Source of the DNA: Actinomycetes bacterium
GTDB lineage: Bacteria; Actinomycetota; Acidimicrobiia; Acidimicrobiales; Bog-793
Direction of reading: 5' to 3'
NCBI GenBank assembly: GCA_021829645.1
Contig: JAKBPI010000002.1
Span: forward strand, 83,568-147,567
DNA: 64,000 nucleotides
Both the position numbers and the translations under genes were made by a program. The notes beneath the pieces are model-generated. The model had not been told where the DNA came from and searched no databases. It saw nothing but the letters and a program-made list of their open reading frames with translations. Shown here piece after piece: positions 1 to 9,631 of the stretch (the stretch's first letter is position 1; each line of letters opens with the position of its first letter).

Positions 1-267
1 TGTATCAAGGGGTGATCCTTGACGGGGAATTTCTCCTGTGAATGTGCCGAAGGTATCTGTATCTATATCAATCGTTTCTATCCGAAAACTGACGACATGG
101 AGGAAAGGGGGAGCAATGAGCGGAAGTTTGTCATGTTTGGTGGCCAAAACCCCTAGTATGTCCATGTAGGGGTGTCGCAATTCGCTTTGCTGTTTGATAT
201 CGGCAAGATCTTTCGGAGACGGAGAGGTATCTCTGCTGTCGTTTCTACCTTGCACTTTTCGCAACAT
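1..267 (-). CDS. Hypothetical protein, N-terminal fragment (gene runs off the left edge of the window)
   Basis: The minus-strand frame is open from ATG (complement of 265-267) to position 1. I checked all 89 codons and found no stops. Translation begins MLRKVQGRNDSRDTSPSPKDLADIKQQSELRHPYMDILGV... No motif recognised. Confidence 0.4.
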   Translation of the reverse strand, partial: MLRKVQGRNDSRDTSPSPKDLADIKQQSELRHPYMDILGVLATKHDKLPLIAPPFLHVVSFRIETIDIDTDTFGTFTGEIPRQGSPLDT

Positions 268-712
268 ATTTTAAGTCTATATTAAAGATTGTCGAACAAT
301 AATGTATTGTTTGCCGGGAGCAGCTACTGCCTTTTCACTTCTCCTCAGGATGCTTGTTGTTAAATGTCTTATGTGTGTATCATTTTTTGCGGTTCTGCTT
401 TATCGAGACCATGGAACTGTAGTTATGGCGAGGCTTATTCCTATATTTCCAAGGAGATCCCTCGTGGTGAATTTAGGTAATGCAATCTACGGACACGATT
501 GCTTTTAGCCATTGAAGATGATTTAAACAGTGGTGAAGCAGAATCGGATGTTTCAGCGTTTTTTTGTGATGGAAATCTTGTTTTTAATGGCGGCTTATGT
601 TTCAAATACAGGCAAGTAAACGTTTTTGCAATTGCCAGGTCTGTTTGGCTGAAAATCTCTATACGCTTTAGTTCTGTATATTGTCCTACAAGAGTGGTTG
701 ATGATAAATAAA

Positions 713-742
713 ATAGAGCCCCGCAGTAATGCGGGGCTCTAT
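713..742 (-). terminator. Rho-independent terminator downstream of the GH12 gene
   Basis: Perfect 12-bp stem (atagagccccgc / gcggggctctat) with a 6-nt loop, about 35 nt past the stop at 776-778. On the minus strand it is followed by a T-rich tract (complement of gataaataaa). Confidence 0.7.
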
Positions 743-775
743 CAGATCAGCGCAAACTGTCTAATCTTGATTTAT

Positions 776-2539
776 TTATGAACAACTCACACTGACCGGT
801 GAAACAGTACCGGTGTCTGTGCCCTGGAATCCGAATGAAGCGGACTGACCGGCGCTGACTGAGCCATTGTAAGATTCGTTGGCGGCAGTCACCGAAGAAC
901 CGGATGTACTTGTCTGAGCGTTCCAAGCATTGGTTATTGCAGCGCCAGCCGGCAAGTTGAAGCCTGTGTTCCAACTTGAGAGAGGCGAAGAGCCTGCCGT
1001 AACGGTCACGGTTGCCGTAAATCCTCCGGCCCACTGGTTTGTGATGGTCATTGTTGCCGAGCAGGTTCCGTTTGTAGCAGGAGCAGCTGTTGTGGTAACG
1101 GGTGCGGCAGTTGTGGTGGTCGGTGCGGCAGTTGTGGTAACGGGTGCAGCTGTAGTGGTGGTAGGAGCAGCTGTTGTCGTTGTAGGTGGAGTTGTGGTGG
1201 AAGTCGTACCGCACGGTTGACCGTTTAGCGTGAACGAGGTTACCGGTGAAACAGTACCGGTGTCTGTGCCCTGGAATCCGAATGAAGCGGACTGACCGGC
1301 GCTGACTGAGCCATTGTAGCTTTCATTTGTAGCAGTAACCGAAGAGCCGGATGTACTTGTCTGAGCGTTCCAAGCATTGGTTATTGCAGCGCCAGCCGGC
1401 AAGTTGAAGCCCACGTTCCAACTTGAGAGAGGCGAAGAGCCTGCCGTAACGGTCACGGTTGCCGTAAATCCTCCGGCCCACTGGCTTCCGATGGTCATTG
1501 TTACACCACAAGAAGAAGTTGTCACAGGAGCAGCTGTTGTCGTTGTAGGAGCAGCTGTGGTTGTAACAGGAGCAGCTGTTGTCGTGGTAGGAGCAGTTGT
1601 GGTGGTTGTAGGAGCTGTTGTAGTCGTAACAGCCTGTGTAGTTGTGGTTGGTGCAGCTGTTGTGGTGGTAGGAGCACCGGCACCGTTTGTACTGAACGAG
1701 AAGCTGTTAGTGGCAAGTCCTGTACCGTTCTGCCAAATCTCAAAACCTGCTTCAATGGCGTCTAGGTACCAAGAGCTTTGCATGTAGCCAAGCTTGATGG
1801 ATTCCTGAACCAGTGGTGCAAGCTGTAGGTTGGTTACAGAAGATGTAGTGTTGGCCATGACAAAGGATACGTCTTCCCAGTGTCCACCTGATGAGTTCGT
1901 CATCTGAGAGGCCCAGATGTTGAACGGTATACCATCCAGAGTAGCTGTAGCTACTACTGATCCTGCTGGTTGAGCTCCGTTGTGGTTCAACCAAATCATC
2001 ATTTCTTCACCTGTAGGCAAGGTAGGAGCAGATGATGGGTCAAACCAGTTGTCGTAAGCTACGTCATAGGTTCCATCGGTTGAATTTTCCGTTGTGGACC
2101 AAGAAGTAACCACACCGCTGTTGATGGCAGACACAGCCAACGGCAATCCGTCAGGATTCTCGGAAGCAGGACTTCCGCCGAATGGGTGACGACCGGCAAT
2201 GATGTCCGGGTATACACCCGGTGTGTAGCCGGGCTGTGCAATGGCTGAACTGGCAACTTTGAAGTCCGCTCCGCCATCTGTTGATACACAAATAGCAGCT
2301 GTGGAGTCCCACTCATCTACGGAGAGTACGTACTGACCGCCTGCCAAAGGTGCAGTGTTGTTGTTGGCTGTACCTGAAGTGTTGCAAAATGTGGCAGCCG
2401 CAGAAGTGGCGGCAGAAGCAACAGTTGCCGATTCGGCCAGTATGACCGGTACCGCAGTAACTGCCAGAGCTGCTGAAGCAAGAAAAACCTTGCTAAGTTT
2501 TAGCTTAGGCATGTGTAGTTTAATCAAACTGAAATTCAA
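776..2539 (-). CDS. Secreted glycoside hydrolase family 12 endoglucanase with two C-terminal CBM2 carbohydrate-binding modules joined by Thr/Pro/Ala linkers
   Basis: N-terminal signal-peptide-like KLKLSKVFLASAALAVTAVPVILA. GH12-like catalytic motifs EEMMIWL and EAGFEIW. Two CBM2-like modules (C..M....QWAGGFTATVTV...W.......NAWN...FGFQG...C). TTTTAAPVTTT linkers. TTG start 5 nt after an AAGGAGGA Shine-Dalgarno sequence. Confidence 0.85.
   Translation of the reverse strand: MNFSLIKLHMPKLKLSKVFLASAALAVTAVPVILAESATVASAATSAAATFCNTSGTANNNTAPLAGGQYVLSVDEWDSTAAICVSTDGGADFKVASSAIAQPGYTPGVYPDIIAGRHPFGGSPASENPDGLPLAVSAINSGVVTSWSTTENSTDGTYDVAYDNWFDPSSAPTLPTGEEMMIWLNHNGAQPAGSVVATATLDGIPFNIWASQMTNSSGGHWEDVSFVMANTTSSVTNLQLAPLVQESIKLGYMQSSWYLDAIEAGFEIWQNGTGLATNSFSFSTNGAGAPTTTTAAPTTTTQAVTTTTAPTTTTTAPTTTTAAPVTTTAAPTTTTAAPVTTSSCGVTMTIGSQWAGGFTATVTVTAGSSPLSSWNVGFNLPAGAAITNAWNAQTSTSGSSVTATNESYNGSVSAGQSASFGFQGTDTGTVSPVTSFTLNGQPCGTTSTTTPPTTTTAAPTTTTAAPVTTTAAPTTTTAAPVTTTAAPATNGTCSATMTITNQWAGGFTATVTVTAGSSPLSSWNTGFNLPAGAAITNAWNAQTSTSGSSVTAANESYNGSVSAGQSASFGFQGTDTGTVSPVSVSCS
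795..1502. repeat. Intragenic tandem duplication, period 447 bp; the two CBM2-coding units (795-1055 and 1242-1502) are nearly identical at the DNA level
   Basis: Direct comparison of the two blocks shows long identical runs, for example accggtgaaacagtaccggtgtctgtgccctggaatccgaatgaagcggactgaccggcgctgactgagccattgta in both copies. Only a handful of substitutions elsewhere. Confidence 0.9.
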
Positions 2540-3350
2540 ATCTTCCTCCTTGGAGATCTTATTTATGAATTATTTCCTTTTTCTTCTGACGCTTTTTAAA
2601 GTAGCGGTAACGTGCTATGACGGTACCTAAAGGTACTTTTTCGCATGAAGAAGATGGCTGGTTTCCGTTTGATATACGAGCCCCCCTCGCAATATCTCTA
2701 TGGATATTACAAAAAACTTTTTTGAAGCATTGTAGGCACCTGCCAAAAACGCTGAATTCTTGTAAACCCTCCTCTCTTAAGCGTTGAATGAATGTACTAT
2801 ATAAATAGTAAGATCTGATAGAAGTTATGTCAATATCAAATGTAGCTTTTGATCAGGTATTACTCTCGGTAACAACAATTACCACTCATAGTAATAGTTA
2901 CTCACTTTGAGTAAAATATTGAACTGTTTGTGTGATAAATTCCTGCAATAAAGATAGTATAGGCTGACCTATATGTATTATCTTAGATATAGAGAAGTAG
3001 ATAGATCATAATGCTAATCAAAGCTATCTCATATAAGTTCTTTGTATCATATGTGTTTATGAGGCATTAATCGTAGTAAATTGCAGATAAGTTTTTATAT
3101 AAAAGTTTTTAATAATCTATTTTTTAGTTGTTTTCATATATAAAAATTTATTGTAAGCAAGTTACAAAATAAAGCAATATAGTAATGAGTCATATCAGAA
3201 TTTTTCCAAAGCAGTACTTTACTGCCTCGTTTTCTTGACGAGCTGTCGCAATTTTTATTTGCATAGTAAGTTGTGCTCTGGATGTATTTGATTTTGGAGA
3301 ATCAGGATGGGGAGTAGTCTTTACTGACTCCTTATTGCTACACTTAATGT

Positions 3351-3548
3351 ATGAGGCATTTTCTTGGTATACCTGCCGTGATATGGATTGGTCAACTCGC
3401 ATATGTTGTGGTAGCTTTAGCGCTTTTGACGGTATTGCTAAAAAATATCAAGCCCGCCAATAAGACCCAGTTTATAGGACTTTATGTTATCGCTATGGTG
3501 GCCTTGAACGTAATGTGGCGAATCGCGGTATCCCGCTTTTTGAGGTAG
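3351..3548 (+). CDS. Possible small membrane protein (65 aa, two hydrophobic segments)
   Basis: The ORF encodes IPAVIWIGQLAYVVVALALLTVLL and FIGLYVIAMVALNVMW stretches. No recognisable family. It lies at the edge of an AT-rich spacer. Confidence 0.25.
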   Translation: MRHFLGIPAVIWIGQLAYVVVALALLTVLLKNIKPANKTQFIGLYVIAMVALNVMWRIAVSRFLR

Positions 3549-3662
3549 CCGTAGATGTAAACAATTGCAGGTATGGTATGTCTTCACTGGGAGAAAACTT
3601 TTTATCTGTTCCGGTTAGGGGAGTCGTTACCGCGAAGACATTTTTTGCTGTATCGTTTTATT

Positions 3663-4940
3663 ATGGTTTCTTCATTTGTTAGTGATGCCAATTTTTCTGA
3701 AGGGAATTTGTCCTTTCTTGGCGAAGACGTAAAAAAAGCCTCTGCTGTACTGCGTAAAACGGACAGTGCTACCAGAGACATGGCTTTGACGTCAGCGGCT
3801 GAAGCACTTCTGGAAGATTCCGGAGAAATCATCAAGGCGAACAAAATCGACGTGGAGGCGGCTAAAGCTGCCGGACAGACTGATACTGTCGTAGACAGGT
3901 TGCGCTTGGACGAGACACGAATTGCCAAAATGGCTTCGGCTATTAAGGATGTGGTCGCCCTGCCTGATCCTCTTGGTCAGGTTGTCTCTGGATGGGTTAG
4001 GCCAAACGGTTTGCGTGTAAAAAGAGTAAGAGTACCTCTTGGCGTGGTAGGCATAGTCTACGAAAACAGACCAAATGTGACATCAGACGCCGCCGCTCTC
4101 TGCTTGAAGTCTGGAAATGCCGTTATGTTGCGCGGGAGTGCCGGAGCTATTAACTCTAATGTAGCCATAGAAAAGTCGTTGCGTGTCGGTCTAGAGGCAG
4201 CCGGTCTACCTTTGTCAGCCATTACGTTGATAAAAGACGTGAAACGCGAAACCGTGGCGGACTTTGTGCGGCTAGATAAGTTTATAGATTGTCTTATTCC
4301 CAGAGGTGGCCCCGGACTCATCAAATTAATTAAAGAGAATGCAACCGTGCCCTATGTCATAGATGGTGATGGCAACTGTCATGTTTATGTAGATAAAGAT
4401 TGTGACTTAGAAATGGCCATAGACATAGTAGTAAATGCCAAGACAAGTCGTCCGGGCGTATGTAACGCCATGGAGACACTGCTACTGCACAAAGACATAG
4501 CCGAGCAATTTCTTACCATGGCCGATACTCCATTAGCCGGGGTAGAGTTGCGGGGTGATGATGCGAGTCGATCCGTTTTGTCGAGAATGCTGGAAGCGAC
4601 CGAAGACGATTATGCAAGAGAGTTCCTTGATCTTATTATGGCGGTTAGGGTGGTAGATGACATCGATATGGCCATTGAACACGTTAATAAGTATTCCAGC
4701 GGACATTCGGAGGCCATAATAACCAACGACTATAAGGCGGCAAGTAAGTTTATGGCAGAAGTGGATGCCGCCGCTGTACTGGTCAATGCCTCTACTCGCT
4801 TTATCGATGGAGGAGAATTGGGTTTGGGTGCCGAAATAGGTATATCCACCCAAAAACTGCATGCCAGGGGTCCTATGGGTGTGGCAGAACTGACGTCTGT
4901 AAAATTTATTGTAGAAGGTAACGGTCAGGTCAGGAAGTAG
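3663..4940 (+). CDS. proA: Gamma-glutamyl phosphate reductase (glutamate-5-semialdehyde dehydrogenase)
   Basis: Full-length ProA-like sequence with the catalytic-Cys region RPGVCNAMETLLLH. I placed the start at the internal ATG 3663, which gives 425 aa, the usual ProA size. The ORF is open from 3573. Confidence 0.9.
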   Translation: MVSSFVSDANFSEGNLSFLGEDVKKASAVLRKTDSATRDMALTSAAEALLEDSGEIIKANKIDVEAAKAAGQTDTVVDRLRLDETRIAKMASAIKDVVALPDPLGQVVSGWVRPNGLRVKRVRVPLGVVGIVYENRPNVTSDAAALCLKSGNAVMLRGSAGAINSNVAIEKSLRVGLEAAGLPLSAITLIKDVKRETVADFVRLDKFIDCLIPRGGPGLIKLIKENATVPYVIDGDGNCHVYVDKDCDLEMAIDIVVNAKTSRPGVCNAMETLLLHKDIAEQFLTMADTPLAGVELRGDDASRSVLSRMLEATEDDYAREFLDLIMAVRVVDDIDMAIEHVNKYSSGHSEAIITNDYKAASKFMAEVDAAAVLVNASTRFIDGGELGLGAEIGISTQKLHARGPMGVAELTSVKFIVEGNGQVRK

Positions 4941-4990
4941 CCATCAAGCTATAATTTGAGAAATGGAGTGCAAATATTAATACCGCTGAC

Positions 4991-5887
4991 ATGAAAGATA
5001 AACTGCATCAAGTAGGTTATCTCGCCGATGATTATATAGCTACATCAGTAATGTTGGCAATCAAGTTGTCCAAACCCATATTGCTGGAAGGACCGGCTGG
5101 AACAGGTAAAACGGAATTAGCCAAAGCTGTCTCTAAGGCTTTGGGAAACCCTTTGATCAGGCTTCAGTGTTATGAAGGACTTGACGAGGCAAAAGCCCTA
5201 TATGAATGGGATTATGCAAAACAACTTCTTGCTATACAGATAGCTCAGCGTAATGCATTGCCGACAGATGGCGGGCAAAGCGCTTTAGGAGATGACAATT
5301 CACAAAATGTCAAAGTCATGAAGTCTATTTTCAGCGAAGATTTTTTATTGACCAGACCTCTTCTGCAGGCCATTACTTCGCGTAATCAAGTAGTACTTTT
5401 GATCGACGAAGTAGACAGAATCGATATCGAAATGGAAGCATTGTTTTTGGAAGTGCTTTCAGATTTTCAAGTTAGCATACCTGAACTGGGTACGTTGACG
5501 GCTGTAAGTCAACCTGTAGTTTTTTTGACTTCAAACGATACGAGAGATCTCTCGGAGGCCCTGAAAAGGCGGTGCCTTTATCTGCATTTGGACTACCCGA
5601 CACCGGAAAGGGAAGCGGCTATCATCAGAATGCATTTACCGGATATAGACGATTATTTGATCAATGAAATAACCCATTTTGTCGCATCTTTGCGCGAATT
5701 GGATTTGGAAAAACCCCCTTCCATATCGGAAACTCTAGATTATGCTACGGCTTTGGTCATGCTCTCTGCCTCGCATATCACCGACGAGGAAGCACGGACT
5801 GTGATAAACCTTCTTCTAAAATACAAATCTGATTTAGATAAAGTCAAAATAATGTTGGAGAAAGGTCTTGAGGCTAAAAAAGAGTAG
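4991..5887 (+). CDS. MoxR-family AAA+ ATPase (CoxD-like)
   Basis: Walker A LLEGPAGTGKT and Walker B VVLLIDEVDR. About 300 aa. Immediately followed by a VWA partner gene. Confidence 0.85.
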   Translation: MKDKLHQVGYLADDYIATSVMLAIKLSKPILLEGPAGTGKTELAKAVSKALGNPLIRLQCYEGLDEAKALYEWDYAKQLLAIQIAQRNALPTDGGQSALGDDNSQNVKVMKSIFSEDFLLTRPLLQAITSRNQVVLLIDEVDRIDIEMEALFLEVLSDFQVSIPELGTLTAVSQPVVFLTSNDTRDLSEALKRRCLYLHLDYPTPEREAAIIRMHLPDIDDYLINEITHFVASLRELDLEKPPSISETLDYATALVMLSASHITDEEARTVINLLLKYKSDLDKVKIMLEKGLEAKKE

Positions 5888-5985
5888 CAGTTCAACCGGA
5901 CTTTGCTGTTGCTGTACTAGTCAATTGACAACTGCGTTGCAAGTGGAGAAATCAAAAAACGTTGTGACGATAGAGGGTGGTTTTG

Positions 5986-7575
5986 ATGGCTGCATTTGAT
6001 ATGTTTACCGATTTCGTAGCCGAACTTAAAAGATCAGATATTCCCGTTTCGGTTGTGGAAGAAATAGAGTTGGCTAAGGCCCTTGAAATGATAGATCTTT
6101 CCTCTCTGCTCGAGTTGAAATATGCCATGATGGCTACCCTCATTAAATCTTCTGCCCACATAGAAGTGTTTGAGCTGTTATTCGCAAAGTATTTTTCTGT
6201 TTGGCAGTCGGTTGGGCATGAAAGTCTTGCCGAGGCAGTGCTTCTTCAGGACTCAATGTTTAGCTCTTATCGCTCCCGTCTTGCTGAGAACCAAGGTTTC
6301 CAAAATGGATATTACGATGCAAATCTCAACCACAGAGACCGTTTGGATATAAGTCATAGTGAGTTAGAGGCGGCTAAAAGAATCCTTTTGGAAGCCATCT
6401 TGTCCGGTGATGAACGAGCAATAGCGTTGCTGGCAAAATCATTGGCGGCAAAGCTGTCGAATGTGGCATCTGAAAAAATCATTTCTAATTCATACTACCT
6501 GTCGCTTTTTTCGCGGCTACTTGGCTTGGATGAGGTTAAAAGACTTTTAGGCATAGCCATCGCTTCTCTTGGGCAGCCACAAAGACCTGACAAAGGAAGC
6601 GATGAGCTTACTTCACTGTCGGACTCTTTATCGGAAAAGCGGATCAAAGAATTAGCCGAGATTGCCCAATTGGGCGAAGTAGGGGCGGGTCTGCTTGCCA
6701 GAGACTTTGAGTCTATGTTAGCTAAATTTACGGCTCTGCTGAGTTCTGAAATAGCAAGCATCATCTCCGCTATCAAAAAAGACGGAGCGGAACTGCCACC
6801 CAAAACAGTAGGTAATTTTGAGTTCTTGCGTGCCGACGAGAACGAGTTGAATTTGATGAGGAAAGAATTAAAGCCTCTCTCCGGAATCTTGGCGGCCAGA
6901 CTGAAAAAAACATCTTACAGAGGTAAATACAAAAAAGTCAATTTTCATTCTACTTTTCGCAAGTCCCTTGCTACCCAAGGGGTGCCTTTCAATCTTTTGT
7001 ACAAAAGAGTCAACGCGTCAAAACCCGAGATTACCGTTATTGCCGACGTTTCTGGGTCTGTGGCCTCGTTTGCCAGGTTCAGCCTGCATTTGATAACTGC
7101 GATAGCCGATGAGTTTGACAAAGTCAACTCATTTATATTCATAGACGAGATCTTGGATGTGACAAAGCAGTCTAAGGGCAGAAAAGATTACGCCGAAATG
7201 GAAGATTTTATAGGTTTGGCCGCAGCTGCTTCCGTCAAGGGGCATTCTGACTATGGCTATGCCTTACAGGCTTTTACTGATAGATATATGAAAAACGTTC
7301 TGTCTCCGCGCACAACCGTTATTTTGCTCGGTGATGCCAGAAGTAATTATCATCCCCCCAGACCGGATTTGTTGGCTGCCATCAAAAAGCGTTCTAAGAA
7401 TCTTTACTTTATCAATCCGGAACCCAGACGCTACTGGAATACAGGAGACTCTATCGTGGACGTCTATGGAGCTGTTTGCGACAAAGTCGTGGAATGCAGA
7501 ACATTAAATCAGCTCGCTGACTTCATTGATACCTTAAGTGGACACACGGGGTCCTTCGGAGCGATTAGTCTATAG
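5986..7575 (+). CDS. VWA-domain protein, CoxE-like partner of the MoxR ATPase
   Basis: C-terminal VWA domain with MIDAS-like motif VIADVSGSV, and ILLGDARSN. ATG 5986 lies 8 nt after AGAGGG. The ORF is open from GTG 5977. Confidence 0.8.
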   Translation: MAAFDMFTDFVAELKRSDIPVSVVEEIELAKALEMIDLSSLLELKYAMMATLIKSSAHIEVFELLFAKYFSVWQSVGHESLAEAVLLQDSMFSSYRSRLAENQGFQNGYYDANLNHRDRLDISHSELEAAKRILLEAILSGDERAIALLAKSLAAKLSNVASEKIISNSYYLSLFSRLLGLDEVKRLLGIAIASLGQPQRPDKGSDELTSLSDSLSEKRIKELAEIAQLGEVGAGLLARDFESMLAKFTALLSSEIASIISAIKKDGAELPPKTVGNFEFLRADENELNLMRKELKPLSGILAARLKKTSYRGKYKKVNFHSTFRKSLATQGVPFNLLYKRVNASKPEITVIADVSGSVASFARFSLHLITAIADEFDKVNSFIFIDEILDVTKQSKGRKDYAEMEDFIGLAAAASVKGHSDYGYALQAFTDRYMKNVLSPRTTVILLGDARSNYHPPRPDLLAAIKKRSKNLYFINPEPRRYWNTGDSIVDVYGAVCDKVVECRTLNQLADFIDTLSGHTGSFGAISL

Positions 7576-7580
7576 AAGAT

Positions 7581-8594
7581 ATGAGCATATTAGTGACCGG
7601 CGCGGCCGGATTTATAGGTTCCAACTTTGTCCGCTATTACAGAGAGGCGCATCCGGAGGAAGAGATTGTCTGTCTTGACGTGCTGACCTATGCCGGCAAC
7701 TTGGAAAATCTTGAACCATATCTTTCTTCGGGAGACATAGACTTCTTTCGGGTCGACATAGGTGATTTCGACGAAGTGTCAAAAATCCTCCGGAGTAAAC
7801 AGGTAGAAACAATAGTGAACTTCGCAGCGGAGTCACATAACAGTCTGGCCGTACTCGACCCCAAGAGGTTTTTTGAGACAAATGTTTTGGGCACACAGGC
7901 TCTCTGCGAAGCCGCTTTAAAATCTTCGGTAAGCAGGCTCCATCACATCTCTACGTGTGAGGTATATGGAGACCTGGCGCTGGATTCAGACGAGAAATTC
8001 AGGGAGGATTCTCCCTATCGACCCCGTACCCCTTACAATGCCTCCAAGGCCGCTTCTGATCACGTCGTCAGGTGCTACTTTGAGACATTTGCATTGCCGG
8101 TTACGATCACCAATTGTTGCAACAACTACGGTCCGTATCAATTCCCGGAGAAGGTTATACCATTGTTTTTGTCCAGAGCTTTAGACGATCTGCCTCTTCC
8201 GGTGTATAAGTCTTCTGCCAATCGCAGGGAGTGGATACACGTTCTGGATCACTGCCGCGCTGTAGATGAAGTGCTCAAGCGTGGTGTGATCGGAGAGACT
8301 TACCACGTTGGAACAGGTAGGGAAGCCAGCGTCAGTGAAATTGCCGATTTTATTTTGAGCTTTACCGGGAAGCCCGACTCTCTGATAGAAGTAGTTCCGG
8401 ACAGACCCGGACATGACAGACGCTATCTTTTGGATTCGGAAAAAATTGCCAAAGAACTTGGCTGGCAGCCGTCGATCGAGTTCGAAAGCGGTTTAGAGGA
8501 AACAGTTGCTTGGTATACGGAGAATGAAAGCTGGTGGCGGAAACTCATCGGAAGGTCGCCCGTTGTGGAAGGTACATGGACAGAGCAAAAGTAA
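7581..8594 (+). CDS. rmlB: dTDP-glucose 4,6-dehydratase
   Basis: Extended-SDR motifs VTGAAGFIGSN and YNASKAASD. Typical RmlB length and the YAGNLENL motif. Confidence 0.9.
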   Translation: MSILVTGAAGFIGSNFVRYYREAHPEEEIVCLDVLTYAGNLENLEPYLSSGDIDFFRVDIGDFDEVSKILRSKQVETIVNFAAESHNSLAVLDPKRFFETNVLGTQALCEAALKSSVSRLHHISTCEVYGDLALDSDEKFREDSPYRPRTPYNASKAASDHVVRCYFETFALPVTITNCCNNYGPYQFPEKVIPLFLSRALDDLPLPVYKSSANRREWIHVLDHCRAVDEVLKRGVIGETYHVGTGREASVSEIADFILSFTGKPDSLIEVVPDRPGHDRRYLLDSEKIAKELGWQPSIEFESGLEETVAWYTENESWWRKLIGRSPVVEGTWTEQK

Positions 8595-8645
8595 TTTTTG
8601 TTGCCAGCCTGTCTGACTTGTCGGACAGTTCTAAATGAGGAGTTT

Positions 8646-9521
8646 ATGCGTATACTGCTAACCGGCGCCGGCGGACAACTCGGTCAGGACCTTGTGGCTG
8701 CTTTTCAACATCAGAACGAAGCAAGGCAGACAGGAAAAAGATCAGATATACTGGCTCTTTCGCGTGAACAGTTGGATGTTTCTTCGCGTGATCGGGTATA
8801 TAGCGTCTGTCACGACTACGAACCGGATGTGATCATCCATCCGGCGGCTTGGACCAAAGTGGACGAATGTGAGTCAAACCCAGAAAAAGCTTACGCTATC
8901 AATGCCTGTGGAACTAAATACTTTAGCGACATGGCCAAAACCCTGGGTGCTTATATGCTGTACGTCTCCACCGACTATGTATTTGACGGACGGAAACCTT
9001 CACCGTATGTGGAATGGGACACACCCAATCCTCTTTCAGTGTACGGTAAGTCAAAATTGGCAGGGGAACAGGCAATGGCCTCGGTTCCTTTTCATGCGAT
9101 CATCCGTACTTCCTGGGTGGCCGGTTACGGTGGGGCCAATATGGTAAAGACAGTTATGAAGTTGCTTGCGGAAAGAGAAAGTTTGCAATTCGTAGAAGAT
9201 CAGATTGGTTCACCCACTTTTACGGCCGATTTGGCCGATAAGATCTTGGAGATAACTTCAGCCAGATTGACCGGTACTTTTCACGTTACGAATTCAGGCG
9301 TTACTTCTTGGTACGAATTTGCCTCTGAGATAGCTACTCTGCTCGGCTATGGTAAAGAAAAAGTTCTTCCCGTAAAAACAGCCGACCTATTTCCTCCTCG
9401 GCCCGCTCCGCGACCGGAAAATTCAGTTTTGGATAATATGGCATTGCGTATTGAAGGTTTACGGCTTTTGCCGGACTGGCGGGAATCGCTGGCCGGTTTG
9501 GTACATCGTTTGAGAGACTAA
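8646..9521 (+). CDS. rmlD: dTDP-4-dehydrorhamnose reductase
   Basis: MRILLTGAGGQLG N-terminus and YGKSKLAGE active-site motif, 291 aa from ATG 8646. The ORF is open from TTG 8598. Confidence 0.85.
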   Translation: MRILLTGAGGQLGQDLVAAFQHQNEARQTGKRSDILALSREQLDVSSRDRVYSVCHDYEPDVIIHPAAWTKVDECESNPEKAYAINACGTKYFSDMAKTLGAYMLYVSTDYVFDGRKPSPYVEWDTPNPLSVYGKSKLAGEQAMASVPFHAIIRTSWVAGYGGANMVKTVMKLLAERESLQFVEDQIGSPTFTADLADKILEITSARLTGTFHVTNSGVTSWYEFASEIATLLGYGKEKVLPVKTADLFPPRPAPRPENSVLDNMALRIEGLRLLPDWRESLAGLVHRLRD

Positions 9522-9631
9522 AAATTACTATGGTCCGGTTCTAAGGTATTGCCATAAAGTATTTTCGTTTGGTAAGGGTCTTATTGCGGTGATTGTTGGA
9601 GAAATAATAAATTGCGGAGACATACAACATA

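Noticed and set aside
302-711. ORFs 302-508 and 499-711 in the spacer between the left-edge gene and the GH12 terminator
   Set aside because: They are short, overlapping and Cys/Phe-rich, with odd composition, no Shine-Dalgarno sequence and no motif. The region more likely holds the promoter of the divergent left-edge gene.
930-1787. Plus-strand ORFs 930-1220 and 1377-1787 (and several minus-strand off-frame ORFs) inside the GH12 gene, encoding poly-Val/Ala/Gly runs
   Set aside because: They are antisense or off-frame readings of the Thr/Pro/Ala linker repeats and the duplicated CBM2 blocks. They are low-complexity with no independent signals. The GH12/CBM2 frame explains the region.
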